64,000 nt of DNA from Octopus vulgaris (GCA_951406725.2 OX597816.1:75640001-75704000), one strand, 5' to 3'. Shown: positions 13,818-28,097, counted from the stretch's first letter. Numbers and translations: made by a program. The notes: a model not told the origin generated them from the letters alone.

Positions 13818-13983
13818 CATATATACGACGAGCTTCTTTCAGTTTCCGTCTACCAATTCCACTCACAAGGCTTTGGTCGGCCCGAGGCTATAGTAGAAGA
13901 CACTTGCCCAAGGTGCCACGCAGTGGGACTGAACCCGGAACCATGTGGTTCATAAGCAAGCTACTTACCACACAGCCACTCCT
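13534..13983 (-). mobile_element. SINE family A, near full length, with internal (TA)/(TG) microsatellite
   Basis: Head AGGAGTGGCTGTGTGGTAAG...GGGTTCAGTCCC, CORE-like CCTTGGGCAAGTG, internal microsatellite, tail GGCGGTGCTCCAGCATGG..CAGTCAAATGACTGAAACAAGTAAAAGAGTAAAAGAG. Confidence 0.9.
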
Positions 13984-14689
13984 AAAATATATAGCCGTCA
14001 ATTTACAGTTTATACTTACATAGACACATCCATACAAGCTTGCTTGTATGCATTCGTAAATACATGTATACATGCATAAATGCATACAAACATGCGTAGC
14101 TTGTCAGTACTCTCGATTGTCTTCTCATTACAGCCGCTGTCACTCCTGCTCTCAGAACGTAGTGTTAGTGGATATGGAGACTATGAATCTCATTTTTAAT
14201 ACGCAGAAAGATTGAAGCTGTTAGACCAAGTATTAACCACATCAGAAAGAAATATGATCTCATTGCCTAATATTCTACATACATTGAAAACGAATTTGCT
14301 GATTCCTATCCTGAAGTTTTTGTGCCATGAACATGAAATTAAATATAAACGGCTTGACAATATAACCTTTATATTTAGATGAGAATTACAAGTATCTTGC
14401 ACAGGATGGCTATGTCAGGTACAATGACCATTTATAGAAAAATGTACGCTCACACACACACACACGCACACACACACATACACACGCACACACACACACG
14501 CACACACTCACTCACGCACACACACACACACACACGCACGCACACAGCTTTGTTTCTTTTGCAATCTTGCCACCAAACAGGTGGCTGGTCAAAATAAATC
14601 GAGAAGTTTATTTTTGTTTGAGACAAGTGAATGTTGTTCATTTTATTTTACTTAATTAAAACTGCGACGTGTGTACAATAGAAAATATT

Positions 14690-15095
14690 GATTTCAAATT
14701 TTGACACAAGGCTAGCAATATCGAGTGTAGAGGTAAGTCAATTACATCAACGCCAGTACTCAACTGATACTTATTTTATCGACCCTGAAAGGATGAAAGG
14801 CAAAATGGACCTCGGCAAAATTTTGAACTCAGAACGCAAAGACGGACGAAATGCCGCTTGCCTAGAGTAGAAAAGAATATGGCGGTGGGCTGGCAGAATT
14901 TTAGTTTGCCGGGTGAAATGCTTAGCGGCATTTCGTCCGTCTTTGCGTTCTGAGTTCAAAATTTTTGGGGTGTGGGTACAGTGATTAGATCGACCCCAGT
15001 ACGCAGTTGGTACTTAATTTATTGACCCCGAAAGGATGAAAGGCAAAGTCGACCTCGGCGGAATTTGAACTCAGAACGTATAGAGACGAAATACT
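14690..15095. mobile_element. Two tandem SINE-B copies with an internal micro-inversion
   Basis: Minus-strand bodies at 14690-14858 and 14966-15095; plus-strand tail+head at 14859-14923; 42-bp perfect inverted repeat 14817-14858 / 14924-14965. Confidence 0.8.
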
Positions 15096-15299
15096 GCATG
15101 GCACGAGTACACACACTAATACAAGCATTAGTAAAAATGTGAGCATACGCACACTCGAGGTTAGGCGCACTCATGATTACAAAGCGAGTCAGATATTTAG
15201 TAGGTGTTTAGAAGAACGGGGAGGTTTAAAGTAAATTTAAGTCATCCATACCTTAAAGTAAAATAAAATAAAATTACACTAAGTTAACGGTTACTCAAA

Positions 15300-15972
15300 A
15301 TTCAGTCTCACTGCATTGTGCGAAAGTACATTCATATGCGTGTAGGCATCTCGATAGTCTTTCAGAAATTCTATTAAGTATCTTTTCGTTAGTCCACAGA
15401 ATAGACAGGGATTCCTCGGAGCACAGACGGCATCTCTTGGAAATTGCATTGTATAGTTTTGCATGTCTAACTATGGACCAAGTAATGAAGTATTTCGTAT
15501 TCGCCTTCTTCAGTCGTCATATAAAATCTGCCAAAGATGTCGAATGTCTCTTATTGATTGACCTAAAGCTGGCAACATGATTACGATAACGATTCTTAAA
15601 TGAATCAGCCTTCTGTCCAATGTAAACATAGGGCTCTCCCCCTGTGTGCACGGTACATTTAAATACAACATTTGTACTCATACAGAGATTCGTCAAAGGA
15701 TATTTTGATTTATCTCTGCAGGAGCATTTATCGTTTTTATTTGTATATAAAACAACCCTGACTCCATTTACCTGCGTTGTTATCGTGCTAGCTGTAACAT
15801 GAGTATTTCTACTACTACAAATTGGTCGAAGTTGATGATTATCAATGCGGTTTACATCTCCTTGGTTGGCATTCAGATATAAATGCTTCATAGATCCAGT
15901 AGGTGGGTTATTGAAACTTTGTTGTATTTTGCTATTGTTTATGCGATGCATAAGCTGCTCCAAATTAGCAGA

Positions 15973-15975
<3 letters not shown>
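15300..15975 (-). pseudogene. Penelope-like element (Naiad-type) linker + GIY-YIG endonuclease, decayed
   Basis: [15 protein letters not shown] (CxCx5Cx5C with one C>Y), [61 protein letters not shown]; contains a stop and frameshift. Confidence 0.85.
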
Positions 15976-16033
<58 letters not shown>

Positions 16034-16166
16034 AATATATGTATATGTGTATATGATGTGTGTGTATATACGTGTATGAGTGTATATATGTGTATATTCA
16101 TGTGTGTATGTATATGTATGTATGTGTGTATATATATATATGCGTATATGTATATATATAAAATTA

Positions 16167-16230
<64 letters not shown>

Positions 16231-16259
16231 CATATATACATATGTATTTATATGTATAT

Positions 16260-17730
16260 CTTTAAGTTTTGTTATCTTTATATAATAATGTAGAAGTTGG
16301 AAAATTAATTTTTTAGAATATTTTGAATCTTTAGAGTAAATCTTCTATTTACTCTAAAATACATCATTATAGTAGTAATTTAATATTAATTACAAATTAC
16401 AATTAAGATATCTTCATTATACTAAATAATTACATGTACAAATACATTAATTTAATTTGTTAAGTGATGATAAAAATAGTAATAACAAGAATGAATAGTT
16501 TTATTTGTGCGAAAGTACATTCATATGCGTGTACTTAATAACCACAATAAGAATTCTTATAGTGTTGTATAGTTTGTAGCTTGTATTCTCATGGCAACAA
16601 TCTAATTTTGTTTCTTCTTCTGAATTAATAAAATTTGGATATATACAGTTTATAGTCCTTTATCTAAAAAATATAATCATAATATTGATTATATTTATCT
16701 TGGACCGGTACACAATCCTTATATTTTTGTTTATCTTACTTTATCGTATTTACTGAGTTCTCCCTTCCATAATATACGTATATAGGGATATTTGCTTGTT
16801 AGTTACTGTGAATAATCCTTATTTAAATAACTTTAAATTTGGTTACTTCTGAAAAACTAGGAATATTTTGATATCCATTTGTATTGCTTAATTCTATATC
16901 TATGGGGTAATACAGGTTGTAGTTATTGTAGCTCTAAGTTTCTCTTCATAATTTTTGCAGAATTCTCCCTCTGATAAACTACGTAAATAAAGAACATTTT
17001 TTTTAGATACTCTAAAACAATTTTTGTATCAATAACTTTAAATAAAAGAGAAGAGTTGTTATATATTGCTAATATAATACTATACTGTCAGTTATATTTA
17101 TCCACACGTTCTATTACCGTCACTACATTAAGTAAAACCCTGATACTTAATTTATATACTTATATATTGTTGTTGTTGTATGTTATTAAAATAGTCAAAG
17201 ATTGTCTTCAACCTCAACGAATTTGGATTAATATTATTTAAGATATATAGAACTATATTTCGATAGTTGTAGATTATACTTACTTAATTATTTTGTCCGT
17301 TATAATTTTCTTTTTAAATTGTAATTATTATGTATCCGAAAAGTTAACGCTCATACTCCTTAACGTAGGCATTTGCATTAATTCTTTTACAATCCAGCCA
17401 TCCTTTCACACAGAATTTCGTCTGTCTTTTAGATCAAAGCTCTGAAGAGACTTATATAAATGGAAATGAATTGTTTATAAATCAAATAATGTATATAAGT
17501 CGAAACAAATTGTTGGCTCTTTGGGTTTTTTAATAATTTTTATGTTTATATTCATAGTATATTATGTTATATCATAATATAAAAAAATGATTTGATTGTC
17601 AATTGAATCTCTCTATTTAATTTATTCTTTGTAATTTGCGTTATACCCCTATTTAAGTGGTATTCAACTGACTTACCAGTGAATTGGATGTTTTACACAC
17701 CCCTTTGAAGGAATTTCTTTCCTTAGTTTG

Positions 17731-17735
<5 letters not shown>
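16260..17735 (+). mobile_element. Very AT-rich non-coding PLE-like segment ending HHR - tail - (TA)n
   Basis: Bounded by (TA)n tracts; HHR at 17435-17523 lies ~210 nt before the 3' (TA)n; same layout as 29652-30660. Confidence 0.55.
17435..17523 (+). ncRNA. Type I hammerhead ribozyme motif
   Basis: CTGAAGA - 10-bp stem II GACTTATATA/TATATAAGTC - GAAA - CAAATTG - TT - stem I (CAAAGCT/GGCTCTTTG, bulged). Confidence 0.7.
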
Positions 17736-17815
<80 letters not shown>

Positions 17816-17817
<2 letters not shown>

Positions 17818-18086
17818 TGCAGGAGTGGCTGTGTGGTAAGTAGCTTACTTACTAGTCACATGGCTCTGGGTTCAGTCCCGCTGTGTGGAACCTTGGGCAA
17901 GTATAACCTCGGGCCGACCGAACCCTTGCGAGTGGATTTGATAGACGGAAACTGAAAGAAGCCCGTCGTATACATGTGTGTGTGTGACTGTGTTTATTCC
18001 CATTATAATCCTACTATAACCTCAGCCCAACCAAAGCTTTGTGAGCGGATTTGGTAGACGAAAACTGAAAGAAATCCTTTGTGTGT

Positions 18087-18127
<41 letters not shown>

Positions 18128-18210
18128 GAATAAGTCCTGGGGTTGATTCGAGGCGGTGCTCCAGCATAGCCGCAGTCAAATGACTGAAACAAATAAAAGT
18201 GTAAAGAGCA
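17816..18210 (+). mobile_element. SINE family A with internal partial duplication
   Basis: Head GGTGCAGGAGTGGCTGTGTGGTAAG; the CTATAACCTC...GTAGACG segment is repeated at ~18010-18075; tail GGCGGTGCTCCAGCATAGCCGCAGTCAAATGACTGAAAC. Confidence 0.85.
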
Positions 18211-18302
18211 TACATATTTATATATATATATGGTTGATAGCTATCAACACCTTTTCTTCGTAAATTTCCTGAAGATGGGATACTAACGCTGAAATACATA
18301 TG

Positions 18303-18335
<33 letters not shown>

Positions 18336-18603
18336 CTGTGTGTGTGTATGTGTGTATAATGCACAACTTTTGCAGTTGCACAAACTAGGTCACTGCATAT
18401 ATTTTACGTAAAACTTATTTTCGTTAAATAACAATTAGTTTTCTCGAATGAAATATAAAAGTGAAATAAAACTGTTTAAACATACTATAACTTATCCTCA
18501 ATTAAATTCAACATTCCATAATTCATAAGAAATTAACATGGTTGTAATTTTGTTCAATTATTTCAAGCAAAAGTTTCACGAGAAAATCTTTTTCTTGTTT
18601 TAT

Positions 18604-18689
<86 letters not shown>

Positions 18690-18822
18690 GAACAATAGGA
18701 ATGTTTAATCACACAAATTAATCTGGAAGTATTTCATTATAATATATAACATCTTTTAGCCTTTCTTGAAAGTTATTTCCAATTCGTACGCTTGCTGTTC
18801 TGTTCCAAAAAAGAAAAAAAGA

Positions 18823-18857
<35 letters not shown>

Positions 18858-19049
18858 TAATAAAAATACTATCACGTTCTCTCTTTACAAAACTTAGGCA
18901 GAAGATTGGTAAATTAAATATAATCGTATAAAAATGTCAACTGCAATAGATTTTTGGTGGAACTGAAAAACTAATGAGTCCATTAGTGGAAGAAGCTCTG
19001 TTAGATTCAAAATTGACAAACTCTTCCAATAATGATGATGATGATGATG

Positions 19050-19122
<73 letters not shown>

Positions 19123-19353
19123 TATTCGGCTGGTAATGAAAGAATAAATAAATGGAAATTTAAAAGCATGTTATTACTCCTAATAAATAATAAAACAATA
19201 CAGAGAAACTCACACACATGCACACACACATACACACACCCTCAACATTTAATTATATTTTCTTTCTCAATATCTGTCGTTCTTTTTGTTTGTCCGTATA
19301 CATAAATACATACATACGCACTCACACACACACATACACATATTTATACACGC

Positions 19354-19414
<61 letters not shown>

Positions 19415-19418
<4 letters not shown>

Positions 19419-20120
19419 GCAATTAAGGACAACTACTTAATAATTACTTAATATTTTTAAATGTCTTACTTTGAAAAATTGCATTCGGTTGGATTAGTAA
19501 TATTTTTGGTAGAAATGACTAATTGTCCCTCTTAGCGTTTGGCACGTATGTATAATGCCTTCTGGCATGTATATAATGCCCTCTATATATAAATTAATAT
19601 GTTCAATAAGAAATAATTATTTTCGAAATTTTTTCTCTTATGAGGTTCTTACGCTATCTACCTGACAATTTCTTGTTAAGTTTTCCTTATTAAGTAGTTG
19701 TCCTTAATTGCTAAATTTTTATTCCGAAAAAACTTTTCCTCTCCCGAAATGCAATTCGTAAAAGTTTGCCATTTGACAGGATGTAATATATGTAAACTCA
19801 CCCATGTGCTTCGTTGAATGTTGAACAGTTAGCTGATCAACTTAAGCGGGGCAGGGTCGTTGTTTATTTATAATGCATTCAGGCCTGCTGATGAGTACGT
19901 AAGTATGAAATCACTGTGATACAGGTCTATATATTTTTAAATGTCTTACTTTGAAAAATTGCATTCGGTTGGATTAGTAATATTTTTGGTAGAAATGACT
20001 AATTGTCCCTCTTAGCGTTTGGCACGTATGTATAATGCCTTCTGGCATGTATATAATGCCCTCTATATATAAATTAATATGTTCAATAAGAAATAATTAT
20101 TTTCGAAATTTTTTCTCTTA
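19415..20120 (+). mobile_element. Non-coding retrozyme-like / mini-PLE element (480-bp period) in (TA)n
   Basis: Identical 190-bp direct repeats 19451-19640 and 19931-20120; HHR 19882-19928; 29-bp 5' inverted piece 19415-19443 is the reverse complement of 19687-19715. Confidence 0.85.
19882..19928 (+). ncRNA. Type I hammerhead ribozyme motif (canonical core)
   Basis: GGCCTG - CTGATGA - GTAC GTAA GTAT - GAAA - TCAC T GTGA - TA - CAGGTC; predicted cleavage 3' of 19921. Confidence 0.85.
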
Positions 20121-20123
20121 CAC

Positions 20124-20159
<36 letters not shown>

Positions 20160-20639
20160 GTCTACACACACACACACACACTTATTAATGCGCGGTCATA
20201 CACACATAAATCAATGCTTACACACATACAAACGCATATGTCAGTACGAATTTGGTATTTTTTTTTTGTGATAATTGATTCCAAAGAGCGTTGAAATTCA
20301 TAATTTTTAGAATTATTTTGTCGACAATAGGTTTTTCAAAATATAGTGTCAGTTAAGGTGGCTGAAGATTTATCAACGTATTGAACAAAAGATTATATGA
20401 AATTTTAAAGCTTTATAAAATTTAATATGTATACAATTTGAGATATACGTTCTTGGTCCCAGAGGAAAATATTTTGTCGAATTTCTGGAACTTATCGTTA
20501 AGTTACTTCTGAGGTAGTTTCAGCTTGAAAAACAACAAAAAAAGTATACTCTACAAAATCTGTTCTGTTCTTTCATTTGTAAACTCAAACGTGTGTATAT
20601 ATGCACACAAAAACACACACACGCATATGTATTCATGTG

Positions 20640-20714
<75 letters not shown>

Positions 20715-20782
20715 TGTATATATATATATGATATACATACATACATACACACACACACGCATATGTATTCATGTGTTATATA

Positions 20783-20834
<52 letters not shown>

Positions 20835-21329
20835 TATATGTATATATATATATGATATACATACATACACACACACACTCACACATTTGTGTGTGTGTAT
20901 GTCTGTGCGTGTGTGTGTGCGTGTGTAATAGCGTGAAATATAGCGAAGTAGATAAGATTATTTAAGAAAGCTTACTCGCATAAAAATATAGAAGAGTAAG
21001 TACAAGCAAAATAAAAATAAACCATATACATACACACATATGCACGCACATACATACACGCGCGCGCCCACATTTATATGTATATGTATGTACTTTATAT
21101 TTCAATATTTCGGATGTGAAAATCCTTTATCAAGTAAATGAAGGATGATCTAGCTCCCTTTCCACATAACTAAGCAGCTATTTTACCAATACTTTGAAAG
21201 GTTGTACTTTGCACAGACTAGTAGTGATAAATCAGTAACTTTTAAGTTCCACCAATATTCCTAGTTTTTGTTTTTGATGGGTGAATTTCTCAAGGTGTTG
21301 TTTATTTTGTCTGAACAGCTGTAGCCCAA

Positions 21330-22100
21330 CGATGAGTGAAAAATTTGGGAGTGTTGGGGCATTGAGATTTTGGTGGGCGAGGGAAATAACGTAATATGCC
21401 TAAAAGGTTGGTTATAATCACACCCATAACTGTTTCTGATTTGTTAGCAGGCTAGTACATGTTTAGCCAGGGATAGTTAGCATACGACAAATTGAGTTCC
21501 GACTAATCGGCTGATATGAAGTACCGTTGGTAGTGGGAAGCGTTGTAGTTGCAGTGAAACTGTGGTTGGATGACTCGGTTGGTGCAGAAACAATTATGAT
21601 CTGGCTGAAATCAGGTTTTGAGGTGAGAAAAAGATGAAGAGCATTTGGAATGTGCCTATATATATAAAGAGGACGAATCAGGTTGATGTAGAGGGTTGTA
21701 GATCTCAAAAGAATCGGTCTCTAATTCGACAGCATCGATGTGGGACGAGCATGAGAGAGAGCAAACAAAAGTTGTGAGCATTGACACCACTGAGGATAAT
21801 GATTTAAAAGAGAAGTAAAGTGACATATATGTCCTGGATTTTGGAAGAGATATGGTCAAACAGCTGCAAGTGATTTGAGGAGTTTAGAGTGCAGTAGAAG
21901 AAGCAAATGTATTTGAAGTGAGGGAAGGAGACTTTGAGACGGAGCAATTGGAAGTTGTTATTGCTGGTATCCAGATAAGCGAAGTGCGCGACAAAGATAG
22001 TGAAGTCTATGTTTGTACAGAGACCAAATTTTGGAGTGGAGTTTGAATAAACAGTGTAGCCTGGTTAGAAGAGAGGATTATAGGTAGGCGTCGAGAAGTT
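21330..22100 (-). pseudogene. Decayed apurinic-like endonuclease (APE) domain of a Jockey/CR1-group LINE
   Basis: Fragments PGYTVY..., ICFFYCTLNS..LFDHISSKI, IILSGVNAHN (GDFNAH-like), LHLFLTSKPD..IIVSAPTESSNH (LDL..SDH-like). Confidence 0.6.
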
Positions 22101-22561
22101 TGTTTCTAGGAGAGGAATAGGCGGTGAGGTTTGCGTATTAGTAGGTGAATGAGAGGCATCAGTTATGGGTTTTAACATCACAGAGAAGTGCTACGGGTGA
22201 CGATACACTGAAAGAAGACGGGAACCTCGTTGTGGAAGCCTGGTTTGCGTGCTTGCAATCGAGAGAGATCCTTTGAAAACTCTCATGTCCCAGTGGTGGT
22301 GTTAAATAAAGCGAATGGATGTGTCTACCACTCAGAAAAAAAGGGGGAAAAGTTATTTCTTATATTTACAGGAAAAAGTGTTAGTAGATTTAGTTGGTCA
22401 TAGTATATGATTAGTAACTTTATCAATCGCAAAGACAACTTCGACTGTGGCGGGATTTGAACTCAGTGTATATAGATAATCATTAATAAGGAAACTAATC
22501 GTTAAATAATGAAGCTAATAATATAAATTAATAGATGATGACCACTGGATACTGAGTTAGT

Positions 22562-22616
<55 letters not shown>

Positions 22617-22894
22617 CTTAACAAAAGGTCAGGTTTTCTTGGAGGAAGTTTATTGGCATTTAAAAGGAGTATCAAAGTATGTACATTTAAGTATTTCAAA
22701 GAGATGATAATGAATTAAAAAAAAAAAGACCAAAGTAACACTTAAAGGAAATAGCATCCCAGAATTGAAGCCTATTCAGTCTCTATTTAAGCAGTAAATG
22801 TTCTCGTGAGCAGAATTTCTATTTGGTTACGCTGTGTGTCGAGCGCAATGAAAGGGTTAGATCAATTTATATATGTGAGTCTGCATAACTCATT

Positions 22895-22954
<60 letters not shown>

Positions 22955-25040
22955 AAATACGTCTGTATAAAATGAGACGGAATGGAATAGCTAAGCGAAT
23001 GAGAAGTGAATGCTGCGTGAAGTTTAACAATGGTATTTATTAATTACATCAGCCCGTAGATACTATTAAATTTCCTTACGCATTAGTTATTTTTTTTTTG
23101 TAGTGCAATGTAACGTGAAGTCTTAGCATGCAATTTTAGAAAGAAATTTATTACTTGACTTTTCTTTGGTGTGGGCCGAGAGTAAAACAATAATACCTCT
23201 AAATTTTGTCACCTTTAAACTTTAAAAATGTATTGTGACACACGTATCCTTTGGCGGGAAGCAAAGCCAAAGGACGGCTTTTATATATGTTAGTACTCGC
23301 TTTCATTTAGCCAATCTATAAATGTGAAATAGCTGACTCTATGACAAGATAATTCTTACAAGACTGTTGAGAATCTAATTAAGCAGAAATTTATCTGCTA
23401 TATCAATTGACTTAACTGACAAATGCACCAAATTAATTAATTACAACTGGCAATTGATAATTTATATTAAATACTGTAATCTTTTAAAATAACCACTCAT
23501 CTTTCACATTTGAAGGTTCTCAACTGACAAATACATTATACTCTATCATGTTTACTGTATTCATCGTTGTATATCATTATATTATATTTGATTATCTCCT
23601 TCGTAATATGGATTAGGCCAAAATGCTATCGTTAATGATGGCGGCGAGTCACTTTAAACGCATTTATATCAGAACCACGAAAAGCTTCGATTGCCTGAAG
23701 TATATCTTGAGGCACGGCAGCTTGTTCTAAACTACGCTTTAGAAGCTGCTTCTAAACAGTACATGAAAACGTACAGTTGAAAGGATATACAAGCGTGAAA
23801 AATGAGAAAGGGAGGAAAACGTAGAGGAGAGGAAAAGAGAGAAAATAGAGAAAGAGAAGCAAAGGAAGTGTGACATGCAGAAAAAGAGCGAGCGACGTAT
23901 TTCAAATAAAAAATAAATTCAGATATTAGAATCAATAGAAAGTAATGAGATGTATCAATGAAAGTAATAAGATGTACTTTCCTGCTAATGAGATGTATCA
24001 ATGAAAGTACTTCCCTACAAACAAATTAAAAAAGAAAATACATAATTTTTTATATGCACATCATGTAGACAATATGCTAAGCTATACAGGATATAAACAA
24101 CAACACTGCAGAATGACACTCAACTTTGACGGAAGAGGACTAATAAGACTGGAACATACACTGTATTACCTCCCGTCTCACCAAAATGACTGTTTTAAAA
24201 TTTTTATTGTTCATTACATTATGTTGACGCTAACTTAATATATCCTGCATATTATGTTATGAACACAATGTACTCTGTTGATGTTGTTTTACTTTGAGTC
24301 AACTCTGATCAAATAGACCTATGATCAAAGACTTCTAGCCATTGCCGTCCAACTATTTCTATATCTAGGACTACATTGTTCAATAAGTCATTCGGTTTTC
24401 AAGACAACAAACTATAATTTGAATAGTAGCTATTTCCAGCAGGATAAGTGGTCTATGTTAGGAAGTCTGTTGTTGTTTTCACTGTTCTTGCCATTTAACT
24501 ATAGTTGAACCTAGTTAAAGCATGTCTATTCTCAGTAACATTCCAGTCAAAACCTCCCACTCTTTTTAAGAATATCTAACACTACCTCTGGAATATCACT
24601 TTCTCAACTACTCACGGTATAAACGCAAAGTTTCTGTCTGTAATAAAATACTTCGATACAAACGATTCAGTTGGTCACAGTATATGATCCAAAACGATAA
24701 CACTAAAATATATACCCTCGTACACACTGTATACATTATACAATAATGAATGAAACGATGATTTCTTTGACTATTTGAAAGACGAGCATTATAGCAGAGA
24801 TCTATGGTCGAAAGAATCAACAAATGAAGCTCGGTAAGATTTGAACTGAGAGTGCAGAGGAACAAGATTTTAGCCAATTTGTTTGTCGAATGCTTATGTA
24901 TGTATGTATGTATGTATGTATGTATGTATGTATGTACGTATGTATGTATGTATGTATGTATGTATGTATGTATGTATGTATGTATGTATGTATGTATGTA
25001 TGTATGTATGTATGTATGTATGTATGAATGTATGTATATA

Positions 25041-25905
25041 TGTCATTATTCAGTTTGTTTTTCAAAATGTCTTGCCAATAGAGAAAGAGCCGGTTTCTAA
25101 CCTAGATTCAAGGCTCCTTCACTGGAATTTCAACAACATCAACAGGATATTTTTCTATGTATACGTGCAGATTTGTATTTTTTGTTTTATGTATGTTCTC
25201 TCATGCATATATGTGCATATCTAGACATGATCATATATATATTTAAATGATAACTTCTGGCAAATTTTACAGATTTTTTACAGTTCCAGTAATGGCTTGA
25301 ATCTGTAGTCTTCGAATCAGCTTTCTCCTTTCCCGGTTATAGGAACCTAATTACTCAAGATTGGTATTTAGGCAATGTGTTACATATCCCAGTGCCCCAA
25401 TAATTACAGCTCTAAACCTGAATTTGTAATCTGGACAGACTAACTGCAGATTTCTCAATAGTTCAGCATAAGTATTCTCTTTTTCACTGTTCTTCAGCTT
25501 TATGCTAACATCCTACTTGGCAACTGATTTCCACTAATGCATGCAGGTTCTCTATCCTAAATCAGGCCTGTTGTGCTTACATTTTATTGAGGTTTTCACT
25601 AGGACATTCCACCAGTACTCCTTTTTATTTTGAGTGGCTATGGCTTCTACCGTACTGTGGGTAGTTATTTCTTTGTCCTCGGGGTTATCCTTCCGACGGA
25701 TTTTATGATATAGATTCCTAGCTGCAACATCGTCTCATTGGTAGATAATATCGCGATGACATTTTCAGACAACTGCTTATGATGTAGGTGATATCTACAG
25801 TGTTATCTCTATAAAGTCTGCATCGGTTGTCACATTTTACTGATTTTCCAGTATCTCTGTCACTTTTGTGCATGAGGTATTTGGTTGATATTTCCTGTTC
25901 CTGGA
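25041..25905 (-). mobile_element. R4/Dong-clade LINE 3' fragment (CCHC + restriction-like endonuclease + 3' UTR)
   Basis: IQEQEISTKY..CDNRCRL..DITYIISSC..YYL.R..WWNV..KHNRPD..EKENTYAELL..VIIGALG; the 3' UTR runs directly into (TACA)n. Confidence 0.85.
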
Positions 25906-26045
25906 TTACAAACGCATACCCTTCAAAGTGGGAGGTAGTAAACCGGTTGTTGGTTCATGATAGACTGCTTTGATGATCAATGTTACGTTCATCTGATTGT
26001 CAGTCTGCCTGCTTGTCTGCCTGTTCGTTTGTCTGTATGTATGTA

Positions 26046-26361
<316 letters not shown>

Positions 26362-26375
26362 GTATATATATACAT

Positions 26376-26564
26376 TCGCCATGATGGATCGCTAGCCACA
26401 ATGCATTCTTTATTTTCTCTTCTTGTTTCTTTCTGTGTTCCTTTTTGTGGAAGAGCGTAGGCTCGAAACGTTAAAGACTTTTTCACTTCCCTAGCGTTAA
26501 GCTAATACATGTGTTTGTTGTCTACACCATCTGTCTTTGTCTTTTGTTTTGTTGTGAATTCTCT

Positions 26565-26570
<6 letters not shown>
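26376..26570 (+). mobile_element. PLE-tail-like repeat with variant HHR (copy 2)
   Basis: CTTT-TTGTGGA-A-GAGC-GTAG-GCTC-GAAA-CG-TT-AAAG at 26441-26476; similar to 4735-4940. Confidence 0.7.
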
Positions 26571-26610
<40 letters not shown>

Positions 26611-26616
26611 GCGCAC

Positions 26617-26706
<90 letters not shown>

Positions 26707-26769
26707 GTGTGTGTGTGTATGCACAAAGGATAATGGCGACTAAAATCCTTCGGTATGCCGTTGAGAATT

Positions 26770-27200
26770 AAGGAGAAAGCTGAGATTTGTAAAACTATGG
26801 GCCTCAATATCCCACGCATGAAATCCCTACGTATGAAATCCAAGTTTCATTGTGGCCTTTACAGGACGATGGGCTCATAATTTCTTGAAACATGAACAAG
26901 CATCACTTTGATAATTTCAGAAAATACCTAACCAAAATTTCCGAAGAGTTAAATCTAAAAATCACAGTTGACACTAATCTAAATATTGTCAACTTTCTAG
27001 TCATCTCTTTACATTTAGACATCACCAGTTTGTATTTATTTAGAAAAGCCAAATAGGAAACTATTGTATATCAACATAGAATACCACCATCTCACTTTCT
27101 AACACCGAGAACTTAAAACAATTACTTTAATGCGCTTGTCGTGAACGACGAAGCTTGAGTCAATTCCGCAAATATTTATTACAATGATGAGCTAATAGTG
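26770..27200 (+). pseudogene. Penelope-like (Naiad-type) reverse transcriptase fragment, decayed
   Basis: GLY(R)DDGL catalytic motif (1-nt deletion) at ~26853, then FDNFRKYLTKISEELNLKITVDTNLNIVNFL..L.L....FRKAN. Confidence 0.75.
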
Positions 27201-27329
27201 AGTGATTTAAAAGTATTTGAAGACGTGTTACAAAAAGGACCTAACATAAGCAACCCATATCTTCTCAAACCCAGCAAACACAGTCACATGATTTATCTCA
27301 TTTCAGTCTCGCAGTTCATAGAGGACGAG

Positions 27330-27427
<98 letters not shown>

Positions 27428-28097
27428 TGTATGTCTGTATGTGAGAGAGAAAGAAAGAGAAAGAGAGACAGAAAGAGGGTAGAGAGACAGAAACATATAT
27501 AGAGAGAGAGAGAAAGAAAGAAAAAGAGAGAGAAGGAGAGAGAGAGAGAGTGAAAAAGAGAGGGAGAAAAAGCAGAAAGAGAGACAGTGATAGAAAGAAA
27601 GAGAGAGAAAGTGAGAAAGAGGTAGAGGGACAGAGTGAAAGAGATAAATAGATAGACAGACAGAGGGAGAGAGAAAATGAGAAAAAGAGGGAGAATAGAG
27701 AATGAGAAAAGAGGGAGAATATTTGAGTGTGTGGTGTGGTATGTGTGTGTGTATGTATGTGTGTGGTTAAATGCTGATATCTATTTGAGTTGATTTTAAC
27801 TATTAGCCTTCCTTGATTGGATAAAATACAAGTAAATTAGTAGGATGTCTATTTAATCACTTGGGACCTTTACTTCAAAATCTGTGGCTATGTTAAAAAA
27901 ATCTTTCTTAAAATCACAAAAAGTACTACGGTAAATAAAATAAAGAGGCAAGTAATTCTCTATCAGAATTTCTGTTTATTTTTCTTTGATTCATTTCTTA
28001 ATCGTTTAGGCATTAATGTCTAAATTTAACTAAGTTTTCTGAGCGGTTTACAAACAAAATTGATGGATTTTCTCAGTTGATCCAAACATCAGATAAT

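Noticed and set aside
15517-15519. In-frame TGA in the Naiad-type endonuclease as possible selenocysteine
   Set aside because: It falls at a position that is normally Trp (TGG>TGA), not Cys; the copy has other lesions and no SECIS was seen.
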